From the NCBI GenBank assembly GCA_034722435.1, contig JAYENX010000003.1, positions 1-52,754 of the forward strand: 52,754 bases of DNA. The letters are read 5' to 3'. The translations under genes and the position numbers were made by a program. Positions 1 to 9,364 of this stretch are shown here, one piece after another. The first letter of the stretch is position 1, and each line of letters opens with the position of its first letter. The stretch is from Nanobdellota archaeon. GTDB lineage: Archaea > Nanobdellota > Nanobdellia > Woesearchaeales > JAHWHD01. The notes under the pieces are model-generated. The model was not told the origin of the DNA and did no database searches. It saw only the letters and a list, made by a program, of their open reading frames with translations.

Positions 1-2
1 TT

Positions 3-134
3 GCTATTTGGAAAGATAATGTTTTGACTTTAGTATGGGGAGAAAATCCGATTGCTTTTGTTATTAAGAGTAAGCAGGTAGCTAAAAAGTATAGAGATTA
101 TTTTGAGCATATTTGGAAAGGTGCTAGGAAGTAG
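3..134 (+). CDS. 3' end of a TrmB-family transcriptional regulator (partial, runs off window start)
   Basis: Manual translation AIWKDNVLTLVWGENPIAFVIKSKQVAKKYRDYFEHIWKGARK* resembles the C-terminus of the 885..1607 protein (IYGNKVAIMAFGDNPMGVIIDNKEIAMTQRFVFEAMW). Confidence 0.7.
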   Translation, partial: AIWKDNVLTLVWGENPIAFVIKSKQVAKKYRDYFEHIWKGARK

Positions 135-168
135 TTGAGATTATATGTATTGAAGAAAAGGAAAAAAA

Positions 169-744
169 TTAGAATCTATATCTGACTCCAACTCTTAAAG
201 CTCTTTTTTTGAAATTTTGATCAAGATTTGCTTCAATTCTGAATGATTTGTTTTTGTTCATTTTGAAATCTATACCAGGATTATGAAAACCTTTGCCAGT
301 TTTTGTATTGTATCCACTTAACATATCAACAAATGTATCTTTGTTGTTTATGAATCCATAACCTTCAATAGTGTTAGTTTTCGGAAAGTATCTTACATCC
401 ATTTTTCCAAAACCTTTACCAGGTAATTTACTTTGAATTCTTCCAACTAATCCTAGACTAGTTTCTGAATTTGTTATGTTAGTATCTTTTGCTTGTGAGG
501 CAAGTCCGAAACTGTATTTGCCTGAATTTATTGGTGTCCATTGTAATCTAGTTTTGTAGAAATTCACATTTCCTGTTTTTTGTAGAACTGTGTAATGATC
601 TACATTTTTTGAAAGCTTTGTAAAAGCTTCTACTCTTTGAATTGGAGTTTCGTTGCAAAGGTTTGTAAGTGTAACTGATGGCTTTGCTGCAACATTTGTT
701 GCTAGAGCTGCTCCTAATAATAGTGATTGTAGTAGTTTTGTCAT
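169..744 (-). CDS. Secreted hypothetical protein, beta-strand-rich, ending in a beta-signal-like C-terminus
   Basis: N-terminal signal peptide (MTKLLQSLLLGAALATNVAA), alternating hydrophobic/polar segments, C-terminus LRVGVRYRF. Confidence 0.6.
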   Translation of the reverse strand: MTKLLQSLLLGAALATNVAAKPSVTLTNLCNETPIQRVEAFTKLSKNVDHYTVLQKTGNVNFYKTRLQWTPINSGKYSFGLASQAKDTNITNSETSLGLVGRIQSKLPGKGFGKMDVRYFPKTNTIEGYGFINNKDTFVDMLSGYNTKTGKGFHNPGIDFKMNKNKSFRIEANLDQNFKKRALRVGVRYRF

Positions 745-884
745 TTTTGTGGTCTACCTCTTTTTAAGCCTAGAGGTATTGGCTTTTGTATATTGGTTTA
801 ATAGATTACTATATAAATATTTGTCGTTAAAAAGTTGACAACAATAGTAAATGTTATATACTTGGTTGTGTTTAAGTTATATAG

Positions 885-1607
885 ATGGAAGAAGAATTAC
901 GTGCTTTTGGATTAACTGATAAGGAAATTAAGGTTTATTTGGCTTCCTTGTATTTGGGGTCTGCTTTAGTGCAAGATATTGCTAAAAGAGCTGGTACATA
1001 TAGAACGTATACGTATGAAGTGTTAAAATCTTTGAAAGAGAAAGGTCTAGTCTCTTATGTAATTAAGGGCGGAAAACAATATTTTGAAGTAGCTTCTCCA
1101 GACAAGTTATACGATATATTGAAGGAGAAAGAATCTAAGATTGATAGAATAATGCCGCAATTGAAAGGATTATATTCGGCTACTGCTGTAAAACCAAAGA
1201 TTGAATTGTATGAAGGTAAGGAAGGGTTGAAAACAATTCTTGCTGATACATTGAAAGTTAAAAAAGAACTTTTAGTATATTGTTCTGTTAGAAAGCAGTT
1301 AATGTTGTTTTCGTATTATTTTCCAAATTTTATTAAACAAAGAGCTAAGAAAAAGATTTTTGTTAAAGTATTAGGAGAAAAGTCAAAAGAAGCTAAAGCA
1401 ATTAAAAAACGTGATGCTAAAGAATATAGAGAATTGCGTTATCTACCTAAAGGGATCGAGTTTCCTACCGCGACTTACATTTACGGTAATAAAGTTGCAA
1501 TTATGGCTTTTGGTGATAATCCTATGGGTGTAATTATTGACAATAAAGAAATTGCTATGACACAGAGGTTTGTATTTGAAGCTATGTGGGTTAAGGCTGA
1601 GAAGTAA
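885..1607 (+). CDS. TrmB-family transcriptional regulator (HTH plus PLD-like effector domain)
   Basis: GLTDKEIKVYLASL...IAKRAG..RTYTYEVLKSLKEKGLVS N-terminal wHTH; YEGKEGLK linker. Confidence 0.9.
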   Translation: MEEELRAFGLTDKEIKVYLASLYLGSALVQDIAKRAGTYRTYTYEVLKSLKEKGLVSYVIKGGKQYFEVASPDKLYDILKEKESKIDRIMPQLKGLYSATAVKPKIELYEGKEGLKTILADTLKVKKELLVYCSVRKQLMLFSYYFPNFIKQRAKKKIFVKVLGEKSKEAKAIKKRDAKEYRELRYLPKGIEFPTATYIYGNKVAIMAFGDNPMGVIIDNKEIAMTQRFVFEAMWVKAEK

Positions 1608-1758
1608 TTATTTGTTTTCTAATTTTACTTTTTCTATAATAAAATTACCTGTACGTTCGTCTTCCATTACGATTTTTGTATTTTACAATGTTTGTAGGTC
1701 TAAATTTGTTTCCAGAGTTCATTTATGTTCATAAAAAAAATAGAAATAAAACTGATAT

Positions 1759-4167
1759 TTATTTTTTTCTTTTTTTCTTCTTCTCGGAGTCTAATATTAC
1801 TAATGTTGTTTTTAGTACAGCATCAGGGCTTAGAGATATCGAGTCTATACCGCACTGTACTAAGAACTTAGTGAATTCTGGGAACGTACTTGGGGCGTCG
1901 CCGCAAATGCCTATCTTTTTATGGTTTTTCTTAGCTTTTGCGATTGCCAGAGCTACCATTTTTTTAACAGCGAGATTACGTTCATCATAAACGTGTGCGA
2001 CCAGTTCCGAATCTCTGTCAACTCCTAAAGTCATTTGTGTAAGGTCGTTAGAACCAATACTGAATCCGTCAAAGTGTTCACAGAATTCATCCATTAACAA
2101 GACGTTCGAAGGTATCTCGCACATTACATAAAGTTGTAATTTATTCTTGCCTCTTTTTAAGCCGTGCTTTGCCATCTCTTTCTGGACAAGAATACCTTCT
2201 TCAATAGTTCTGCACATAGGTATCATTAGTTTTATGTTTGTAAGGCCCATATCGTCGCGTACATGTTTAAGTGCTTTACATTCAAGTGCAAATGCTTCTC
2301 TATACTTTTCTGAGTAATAACGTGAAGCGCCTCGCCATCCTAGCATTGGATTATCCTCTTTAGGTTCAAATTCTTTACCGCCGATAAGGTTAGCGTATTC
2401 GTTTGATTTGAAATCTGAAAGACGTACAATAACATCTTTTGGATAGAAAGCTGCTGCGATTGTTGCAACTCCTTCTGAAAGTTTGTCAATGTAGAATTGA
2501 GATTTATCTTTGTAACCGTATGTCATTTCTTCAATTTTTTCTTTTGCTTCTTTATCTTTAAGTTTTTTGAAATGGATTAAAGCTAATGGATGTATTTTTA
2601 TGTACGAGTTTATGATGAATTCTTCTCTTGCTAAACCTATACCATCATTAGGTGTGAATGAGGCAGAGAATGCTTGTTCAGGATTGCCAAGATTCATCAT
2701 AACTTTTGTTTTTGGTCGTTTTAATTTTTTGAGATTAGTTTTTATAACTTCAAATTTTAGTAAACCTTTGTATACAAATCCTTCTTCGCCTTCTGCACAG
2801 CTTGCAGTTATTTTTTGACCTGATTTAAGTTTTTCAGTGGCATCTTCAGTTCCGACAACGCAGGGTATGCCTAGCTCTCTTGAAATGATTGCTGCATGGC
2901 AGGTTCTTCCGCCTCTATTTGTTACAATTGCTGCTGCAATTTTCATGATAGGTTCCCAATCTGGGTCTGTCATTTCTGTAACAAGTACTTGGCCTTTCTT
3001 GAACTTTTCAATATCTGCAACATCTCTTATGACATTGACTTCTCCAGAAGCAATCTTGCTTCCAACTGAGCTACCAACTACGAGGATTTCTCCTTTTTGT
3101 TTTAGTCTGTAATTTTCAAGTACATCAACCTTTTTTTGTGACATTACAGTTTCAGGACGTGCTTGTACAATGAATAGTTCTTTTGTGATGCCGTCCTTTG
3201 CCCATTCCATGTCCATAGGTTTATGGTGCCCTGCTTTTTTTGAATAATGTTCTTCAATAATGACTGCCCATTTAGCAAGTTTAAGAATCTCTTCATCTGA
3301 GCATGCAAACTTTTTTCTGTCTTCTATTGGTACGGGAATATTTTTAGTGGGTTTGTTACCGCCAATGTCGTATACCATTCTTATGGATTTTGAACCTATC
3401 TTTTTGCTAAGGATTGGTTTCTTGTTAAGTTTTAATGTAGGTTTGAATACGTAGTATTCGTCAGGGTTGACAGCGCCTTGGACAACGTTCTCTCCAAGAC
3501 CGTAAGCTGCAGTTATGAAAACAGCATTTTTGAAACCTGATTCTGTGTCAATAGAAAACATAACTCCCGAGGTGGCTTTATCGCTTCTTACCATTTTTTG
3601 AACACCAATTGAGAGTGCTACTTTGAAATGGCTGAATTTTTTATCATGCCTATATGATATAGCTCTATTAGTGAACAATGACGCAAAACATTTTTTACAT
3701 GAATCTATTAATGCGTGTGCGCCTTTAATGTTAAGATATGTTTCTTGTTGTCCTGCGAATGAAGCATCAGGTAAATCTTCGGCTGTTGCTGAACTTCTTA
3801 CAGCTACATCTTTAGTACCTGTTTTTGTAAGTCTTTTGTAAGCGGTAATAATTTCTTTTTTTAGTTCTTCAGGGAATTCTGCAGTTCTGATGATTTCTCT
3901 TATCTTATGACCTCTAGAAGAGAGATTTCTTATGTTATGTGTGTCAAGACCCTTTAGGATTTGTTTTATTTCGTCTTCAATACCTGCTTTTTTGAGAATA
4001 TAACGATATGCGTAAGCGGTTATAGCGAAACCGTTAGGAATGTTTACTTTTTTCTTTGTAAGTTGACGATACATTTCACCAAGTGAAGCGTTTTTGCCGC
4101 CAACTATAGGGACATCTTCAATACCTAACTCATTAAACCATAGAATAAACTTTTGTGATCTTTTCAT
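1759..4167 (-). CDS. ppsA: Phosphoenolpyruvate synthase
   Basis: VGGKNASLGEM, VAVRSSATAEDLPDASFAGQQETYLN, phospho-His motif GGRTCHAAIISRELG, FSIGSNDLTQ. Confidence 0.97.
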   Translation of the reverse strand: MKRSQKFILWFNELGIEDVPIVGGKNASLGEMYRQLTKKKVNIPNGFAITAYAYRYILKKAGIEDEIKQILKGLDTHNIRNLSSRGHKIREIIRTAEFPEELKKEIITAYKRLTKTGTKDVAVRSSATAEDLPDASFAGQQETYLNIKGAHALIDSCKKCFASLFTNRAISYRHDKKFSHFKVALSIGVQKMVRSDKATSGVMFSIDTESGFKNAVFITAAYGLGENVVQGAVNPDEYYVFKPTLKLNKKPILSKKIGSKSIRMVYDIGGNKPTKNIPVPIEDRKKFACSDEEILKLAKWAVIIEEHYSKKAGHHKPMDMEWAKDGITKELFIVQARPETVMSQKKVDVLENYRLKQKGEILVVGSSVGSKIASGEVNVIRDVADIEKFKKGQVLVTEMTDPDWEPIMKIAAAIVTNRGGRTCHAAIISRELGIPCVVGTEDATEKLKSGQKITASCAEGEEGFVYKGLLKFEVIKTNLKKLKRPKTKVMMNLGNPEQAFSASFTPNDGIGLAREEFIINSYIKIHPLALIHFKKLKDKEAKEKIEEMTYGYKDKSQFYIDKLSEGVATIAAAFYPKDVIVRLSDFKSNEYANLIGGKEFEPKEDNPMLGWRGASRYYSEKYREAFALECKALKHVRDDMGLTNIKLMIPMCRTIEEGILVQKEMAKHGLKRGKNKLQLYVMCEIPSNVLLMDEFCEHFDGFSIGSNDLTQMTLGVDRDSELVAHVYDERNLAVKKMVALAIAKAKKNHKKIGICGDAPSTFPEFTKFLVQCGIDSISLSPDAVLKTTLVILDSEKKKKRKK

Positions 4168-4305
4168 AGTATTACCTCTTTTTTAAATTATGTCTGAATT
4201 TATGATATTTCTATATATAAATGTTGTTGTTATTGCTGTGAGGTTTAATATATTTATTTTAATTAGAATGAAATCTTTTTGTTTGTGATATTTGTTTTTT
4301 GTAAT

Positions 4306-5337
4306 TTAATCAATAATCTCAGTGTCTAGTTTTTCTAGTTCGCAAAAGTCGGTTGTGAAATTGTAGGCTCCGGCGTTGATGAAAGTTAAAGTGTTTCCTA
4401 CTTTAGGTTTTTCTAGGTAAACTTTGTATCTGAAAAGGTCCATGGAACATGGTGTTTTTCCTTTCACTTTATACGGTTTACCTTGTCCTATGGGGAGTTC
4501 ATTTTCAATTAAAAGTTTTACAGGGACAATAAGTGCGTCCATATCTGTATTATAGACTGATGCGTTTATGATGATGTTATCTTCGTGTATTGAGATTATT
4601 TGTGTTATTAGTTTTCCGGCTGGAGCTGCAATGAATCTTCCTGGTTCTATCATCATTTTAATATTTAATGAGTTGAACCATTCTTTGAGTTCGGTAATTT
4701 TTTTAAGAACGAGATTTACAACGTCTTTATTCGTGTTAGCGTACATTGATGGAAGGCCTCCACCAATGTTGATAACTTTAATAGATTGTAAAGTTTCTTT
4801 TTCAAGTACTTGTTCAAGTTCAAAGCGTAGGTTCCATTCTGAAAGGTTTTGGGTTTTTCTATGGAAATGGATTCCCAGAGTTTCAATATTTTTGTTATTT
4901 TTTAATTGTTTGATTCTTTTATTAATTACATCTGACATCATTCCAAATACGAAGTGACGTTCGGTTCTAAGACTTCGTTCTTTTAATCTCATTCTTAGTA
5001 GAAGTTTAATGTTAACATTGTTCTTTTCAATGAATTCTAATAGAACGTCTAGGTCAGATTCGTTGTCTATAACAAAAAATGTAATATTTTGTTCTAAAAG
5101 TTCTTTTAGATCTTCTTGGTTCCAGCCTTGAACAAAGAATAAAACTCTAGATTTGTCTTTTATGTTTTTTAGTTCGTTTTTGATGTGTATCGAGAATAAA
5201 CAGTCAGTTTCTTGTTCAAGAAATGGCGTTATTAAAGGGTTTGTTTTTGAGCTGTAGCTAGTAATGTCTGAAACTTCTTGTACTTTTTTGTATTGTGAAA
5301 GTACAATTGATTTTGATAATGTAAATTTAGGTTTCAT
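4306..5337 (-). CDS. PLP-dependent group IV (alanine-racemase fold) decarboxylase, Orn/Lys/DAP/carboxy(nor)spermidine family
   Basis: SYSSKTNP (PLP Lys), GIHFHR, INIGGGLP, IEPGRFI, AGAY; atypical GKTPCSMD specificity motif. Confidence 0.85.
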   Translation of the reverse strand: MKPKFTLSKSIVLSQYKKVQEVSDITSYSSKTNPLITPFLEQETDCLFSIHIKNELKNIKDKSRVLFFVQGWNQEDLKELLEQNITFFVIDNESDLDVLLEFIEKNNVNIKLLLRMRLKERSLRTERHFVFGMMSDVINKRIKQLKNNKNIETLGIHFHRKTQNLSEWNLRFELEQVLEKETLQSIKVINIGGGLPSMYANTNKDVVNLVLKKITELKEWFNSLNIKMMIEPGRFIAAPAGKLITQIISIHEDNIIINASVYNTDMDALIVPVKLLIENELPIGQGKPYKVKGKTPCSMDLFRYKVYLEKPKVGNTLTFINAGAYNFTTDFCELEKLDTEIID

Positions 5338-5777
5338 GCTGCTAATAACATTTCTAGTTCTTCTGTTCCTTCTTCTAATTTTAAAATTCTTCTTTTTTCA
5401 TATTTGCCACCATGATAATCTTCTAGTATTTGATGTATACTTTTTGTTTCTAGTATGCAACCTGACCTTATATCGGGACATTCATCTTTACAATATTTTT
5501 GGCAAATTTCTTCAATTTTTTCTTCGTGTGCGTCAACTCTTTCTCTGAAATGTTCTGCATATCCGTATTCTTTCCAATGATTGGTTATTTTGTTAGGTGA
5601 AAGAATTACATAATCTTCTTTTAATTGTTTTAGATCTTCTGTAGTGTAATGTTTTTTTTTGTTGAATGAGAGGACTATAGGTTTGTAACCTAACCGTTTT
5701 AATTCTTCTGCTAAATAATGTGCATGTTCTATTAGTTCTGATACTTGTAAAGCTAGAAGCGCACCTATTCTAATCAT
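5334..5777 (-). CDS. Hypothetical protein, translationally coupled between DHS and the decarboxylase
   Basis: 147-aa ORF overlapping both neighbours by 4-8 nt. Confidence 0.6.
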   Translation of the reverse strand: MIRIGALLALQVSELIEHAHYLAEELKRLGYKPIVLSFNKKKHYTTEDLKQLKEDYVILSPNKITNHWKEYGYAEHFRERVDAHEEKIEEICQKYCKDECPDIRSGCILETKSIHQILEDYHGGKYEKRRILKLEEGTEELEMLLAA

Positions 5778-6720
5778 TTAATAACCCCTCATCTGCTAAA
5801 GTTTCTAGAGCCATAATCATTGCTAAGGGGAACATTATAGTTACGTCGCCTTTAACAGTGGCTACGTCTGATTCGTCTTTTACTTTACCCCATGACTTTG
5901 CTTCGTTAGTGGTTGCTCCCGAAACTGATCCCGATGTTTTATGTGCTGTTGTCATGTAAACTGCGTAGTTTGCTCCGCCGTTAAGTAAAGTGCATAGGAT
6001 TGCGTGATGTTTTGAAACTGAACCTCCGAGTGCAATTACTCCTTTCTTTTCGTCGTGGTTAGTGGACAGTAAGATGTTTCCAAAATCTTTAACAATATCA
6101 ATTACAAAATCTTTATGTTTTTGTTGGAACAAGAAAAGATGGAATCCTATGCCTCCATCAGTTATCGCAGGGCAGAAAATTGGTACATTATTTTTTGCTG
6201 CTTGGTATAAAAACGAATCTTCATCTTCAAGTATTAATCCTATCTCTCTTAAAAGTTCAGAGACTGTCCAACGTTTTTGTTTTTCGTAAAGTTTTGTTAG
6301 AACGGGGTTAATCCAGTCTTCAAAATTCATATAGCTTTGGTTTTCAATAAGTAGGTTACCTATTCTATTAATTCCTCTTTCGTGCAATTCTACATCGTCA
6401 CTGTCGAATCTGCCTATTTTGAACTTTTCGCCAATGGCTCGCATAATGTCTTCTTCAATACCGCCTGCGGTAGTAATCAGGATATTTGCCATTTTTAGTT
6501 TTACTATTTGGGCAAAGAATCCGCGTAAACCTGATGTTACCATATTAGATGTAAAAGTTAGAAATATTTTTGCAGAATCTTTTTTCATTTTTACAAAGAC
6601 TTCTGCAGCTTTAGCTAGTTCAATTGATTGGTACCCTAATTGTTTAAATTGTGTGATGAGGTCTTTGACGCTCATGTCTTTTTTCCATTTGAGATCGTTA
6701 ACATATGCCATATTGGTCAC
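5770..6720 (-). CDS. dys: Deoxyhypusine synthase (DHS family)
   Basis: FTSNMVTSGLR, TTAGGIEED, PAITDGG, LGGSVSKHH, GSVSGATTNEAKSWGKV with catalytic Lys. Confidence 0.93.
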   Translation of the reverse strand: MTNMAYVNDLKWKKDMSVKDLITQFKQLGYQSIELAKAAEVFVKMKKDSAKIFLTFTSNMVTSGLRGFFAQIVKLKMANILITTAGGIEEDIMRAIGEKFKIGRFDSDDVELHERGINRIGNLLIENQSYMNFEDWINPVLTKLYEKQKRWTVSELLREIGLILEDEDSFLYQAAKNNVPIFCPAITDGGIGFHLFLFQQKHKDFVIDIVKDFGNILLSTNHDEKKGVIALGGSVSKHHAILCTLLNGGANYAVYMTTAHKTSGSVSGATTNEAKSWGKVKDESDVATVKGDVTIMFPLAMIMALETLADEGLLND

Positions 6721-6929
6721 CTTGCAAATTATATTTTGAGTTGTGTATTTTAAGTTTTAATTAAGTAAAAAAATAAAATTGAATTATGACAATTAATGAA
6801 TAAAAAAAGATTGTCAGTCTATAAGGTCTATGATAAATGAGAAATAATTCTAACTGCCTGATTGTCTTATTGAATCAAATGAGTTAGATGGCTTCATATT
6901 ACTTATAAATGGAAGGGAGTATAAAAAGA

Positions 6930-7649
6930 TTACCACTCTGAATATAAATCTGAGAGTTTATTGTGTGTGACTAGTTCAGTTTTAGCTTTTGGATGGTGTG
7001 GTGCTCTATATCCTTTTTCTTTACACATCTCTTCAAGTTCTGTGAGTTCTTTTTCTCTTAAACCTGAAATGCCTGTGACTTCTCCTTCGTCAGTATATTT
7101 TTGAACTAGAACTGTAAGTGCGCCCATGTTATTTCCGAAAACAATATCTGTATAAATTCTGTCGCCAATTACCATGACTTCATCAGACTGAACCCTTATT
7201 TGTTTAAGGGCTGCTTTATAACCCCATGGTTTTTTGAAAAAATGTCTTATAACTCTTATTCCGTTATGTAGTTCGAATGCTTTTGCTTCTTCTTCATAGA
7301 AAAATGTGCCTGCTGAGTTTGATACTACGTAGAAGTTTTGGTTCACGGCTGATTTAAGTTCAACAAGAGCGTATTCTAATTCAGGAATTATTTTTTTTGA
7401 ATATGTTTTAGTCAGAGTATTATCTTTATCAGAAATGATTGCTTTTATTCCTAATTCTTTTACAACTTCAGGATTTATATCGCGGATGTCTCTTATAAAA
7501 AAATGTGGCATAGACCTTATTATTTTTCTTCTTACTTTTTTACCTTTATCTGCGGGTTCGAGATCATGACCTTGAAATTGTAGATGTGCAAAGCTTAAGC
7601 AACCTGGAACGTTAATGAATTGACCGGTTAAGTATTTTTTAAGGCTCAT
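6930..7649 (-). CDS. HAD IIIA phosphatase, YqeG/Gep4-like phosphatidylglycerophosphate phosphatase
   Basis: DKDNTLT, VVSNSAGT, KKPWG, IGDRIYTDIVFGN. Confidence 0.8.
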   Translation of the reverse strand: MSLKKYLTGQFINVPGCLSFAHLQFQGHDLEPADKGKKVRRKIIRSMPHFFIRDIRDINPEVVKELGIKAIISDKDNTLTKTYSKKIIPELEYALVELKSAVNQNFYVVSNSAGTFFYEEEAKAFELHNGIRVIRHFFKKPWGYKAALKQIRVQSDEVMVIGDRIYTDIVFGNNMGALTVLVQKYTDEGEVTGISGLREKELTELEEMCKEKGYRAPHHPKAKTELVTHNKLSDLYSEW

Positions 7650-7703
7650 GATATTTTTGTAGGATAGTTTGTTATAAATATGATTAAAATAAGAAATATA
7701 TGT

Positions 7704-8240
7704 TTAAGGCAATAACACTGCAGCAGATATAACTGTAGTCCATTCACTGCTTTTTTTAACAATGGTTGAGGCAGTTATGCTTGAAGTTTCGACAACTCTT
7801 TTTTTGATTTTCCATTTTTGTTTTGTTTCGTCCCAGTGTTTATTAGGGTCAAGTTTAAATCCCATTTTCATGGCGAGCATTGCAACTGCAAGATCTTCGG
7901 CGTGTTTGCCTGCCTCTTTTTCTCCAAATGCATGATGTTCTGAAAGGTAACCATAAGTTTTTCTGTCTTTTGGGGTTGCGATACCTATAGATGCAGATAT
8001 TAATCTATTTTTTGTATCTGATTGGTTTTTTGACATTACGCAAAAAGTAATTTGACCTGGTTTTAACATTTTTAATCCTTTAGCCTTTGTTATGTGTTTA
8101 GCATTGGGTGGGAATATGGATGAAACTTCAACAATATTGCATGCTTCAATTCCTGCATCTCTTAATGCCATTTCGAAAGATTCAAGTTTTTCTTGGTGTC
8201 TTCCAACACCTTTAGTTAGAAATACTTTTTTAGGTATCAT
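7704..8240 (-). CDS. pdaD: Pyruvoyl-dependent arginine decarboxylase
   Basis: SFEMALRDAGIEACNIVEVSSIFPP (Ser-Ser self-cleavage site), GYLSEHH. Confidence 0.92.
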   Translation of the reverse strand: MIPKKVFLTKGVGRHQEKLESFEMALRDAGIEACNIVEVSSIFPPNAKHITKAKGLKMLKPGQITFCVMSKNQSDTKNRLISASIGIATPKDRKTYGYLSEHHAFGEKEAGKHAEDLAVAMLAMKMGFKLDPNKHWDETKQKWKIKKRVVETSSITASTIVKKSSEWTTVISAAVLLP

Positions 8241-8686
8241 TTTTCCCAGAGTACCTCGTTACCTTTTACTATTTTTTTAATTCTGTGACCTGGTATGAAA
8301 TATTCTCTTTTTTTGAATTTTATGATTATTGCGTCTTTTTCAATATTTTCAATTTCGTGTAGTTTGAATTTTCTTATTTTTTTATGAATTTTATCATGGA
8401 AATGTACAACAAAATCTTTATGACTTTTTTTTGGATGTTTTCTTAGAAGTCCTCTTATGTATTTAGTAGCGACATAGATATTTTCTTTAGCTCCGAATTC
8501 TTCGAATATGACTCCTGAGAAAAGTAATATGAGGATTCCTACAAATAGTGATACAAAGAAATTTTCAAGAATTGGGGTTCCGTCTGCTATACCCCAGAGC
8601 CCGCGCCAGAATAAAATAATTCCGGTACCTATCATTAAAGCTCTTAAAAGTTGTTTATCTCGTGCTGTAATATAAAACTTTTTCAT
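8237..8686 (-). CDS. Two-TM membrane protein with C-terminal DUF504/MJ1316-like domain
   Basis: TM hairpin GIILFWRGLWG...; C-terminal FIPGHRIKKIVKGNEVLWEK matches the IPxHRI...LW pattern. Confidence 0.55.
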   Translation of the reverse strand: MKKFYITARDKQLLRALMIGTGIILFWRGLWGIADGTPILENFFVSLFVGILILLFSGVIFEEFGAKENIYVATKYIRGLLRKHPKKSHKDFVVHFHDKIHKKIRKFKLHEIENIEKDAIIIKFKKREYFIPGHRIKKIVKGNEVLWEK

Positions 8687-8777
8687 GTTTACCTCTTTTT
8701 TCTTTATTTTAGGTTTATTGGTATTTAAACTTTGTTATATATCTATATTATAGATTAATATTATAGATTTTAAGTTT

Positions 8778-9257
8778 TTATTTTTGTCTAATTTTATCTA
8801 AGAATTTATTTAGAGCTGTATATAATTCATGGTATTTTTTTATAATTTTCTTATAATTTGTTTTATCATATTCTTCAATTTTTGCACTTTCTTTAGGAGA
8901 TAATATCTTCCTACATTTTACTTGTAATTCAGTATCTGATTTTCCATCCCATTCATTATATTTTTTAAGTGTTGGATCATTTGAGCAATCTAAATTTATC
9001 CATTTGTTATCTAATTTAATTTCTAAATAAAGATGTACATCTAATTCTTTTGGAGCTTTATCTGATACGTTTTTTGGAATTTTTAGTTCGTCCCATCGAA
9101 ATTCGCAAACTCTATATCTAACCTTATATCCTGCTTTATTTAGTTTATCATAAAGAATTCTGTGTTTTCCCCAGCATCTATGATCTACATCATCTTTTGA
9201 TTCTGGACAATGGTAAGTTAAGTCTCTTACTGAATTAAAAATTGTTATTACCTTCAT
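8778..9257 (-). CDS. Small transglutaminase-like (papain-fold) protein
   Basis: Putative Cys-His-Asp triad: RCWGKH, VHLYLEI, WINLDCS. Confidence 0.6.
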   Translation of the reverse strand: MKVITIFNSVRDLTYHCPESKDDVDHRCWGKHRILYDKLNKAGYKVRYRVCEFRWDELKIPKNVSDKAPKELDVHLYLEIKLDNKWINLDCSNDPTLKKYNEWDGKSDTELQVKCRKILSPKESAKIEEYDKTNYKKIIKKYHELYTALNKFLDKIRQK

Positions 9258-9364
9258 ATTTTAAATAAATATTTATTAATATATAAAAACTTTGTAATTG
9301 GGTTTTTTATTTAATTGCAATATAATAAAAACATTAATAAATAATATTAACTTAAATAATTAAG

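Noticed and set aside
821-845. ttgtc-N11-gacaa inverted repeat before the TrmB-like gene
   Set aside because: Only 5-bp arms in AT-rich DNA, and it does not match the TGM consensus
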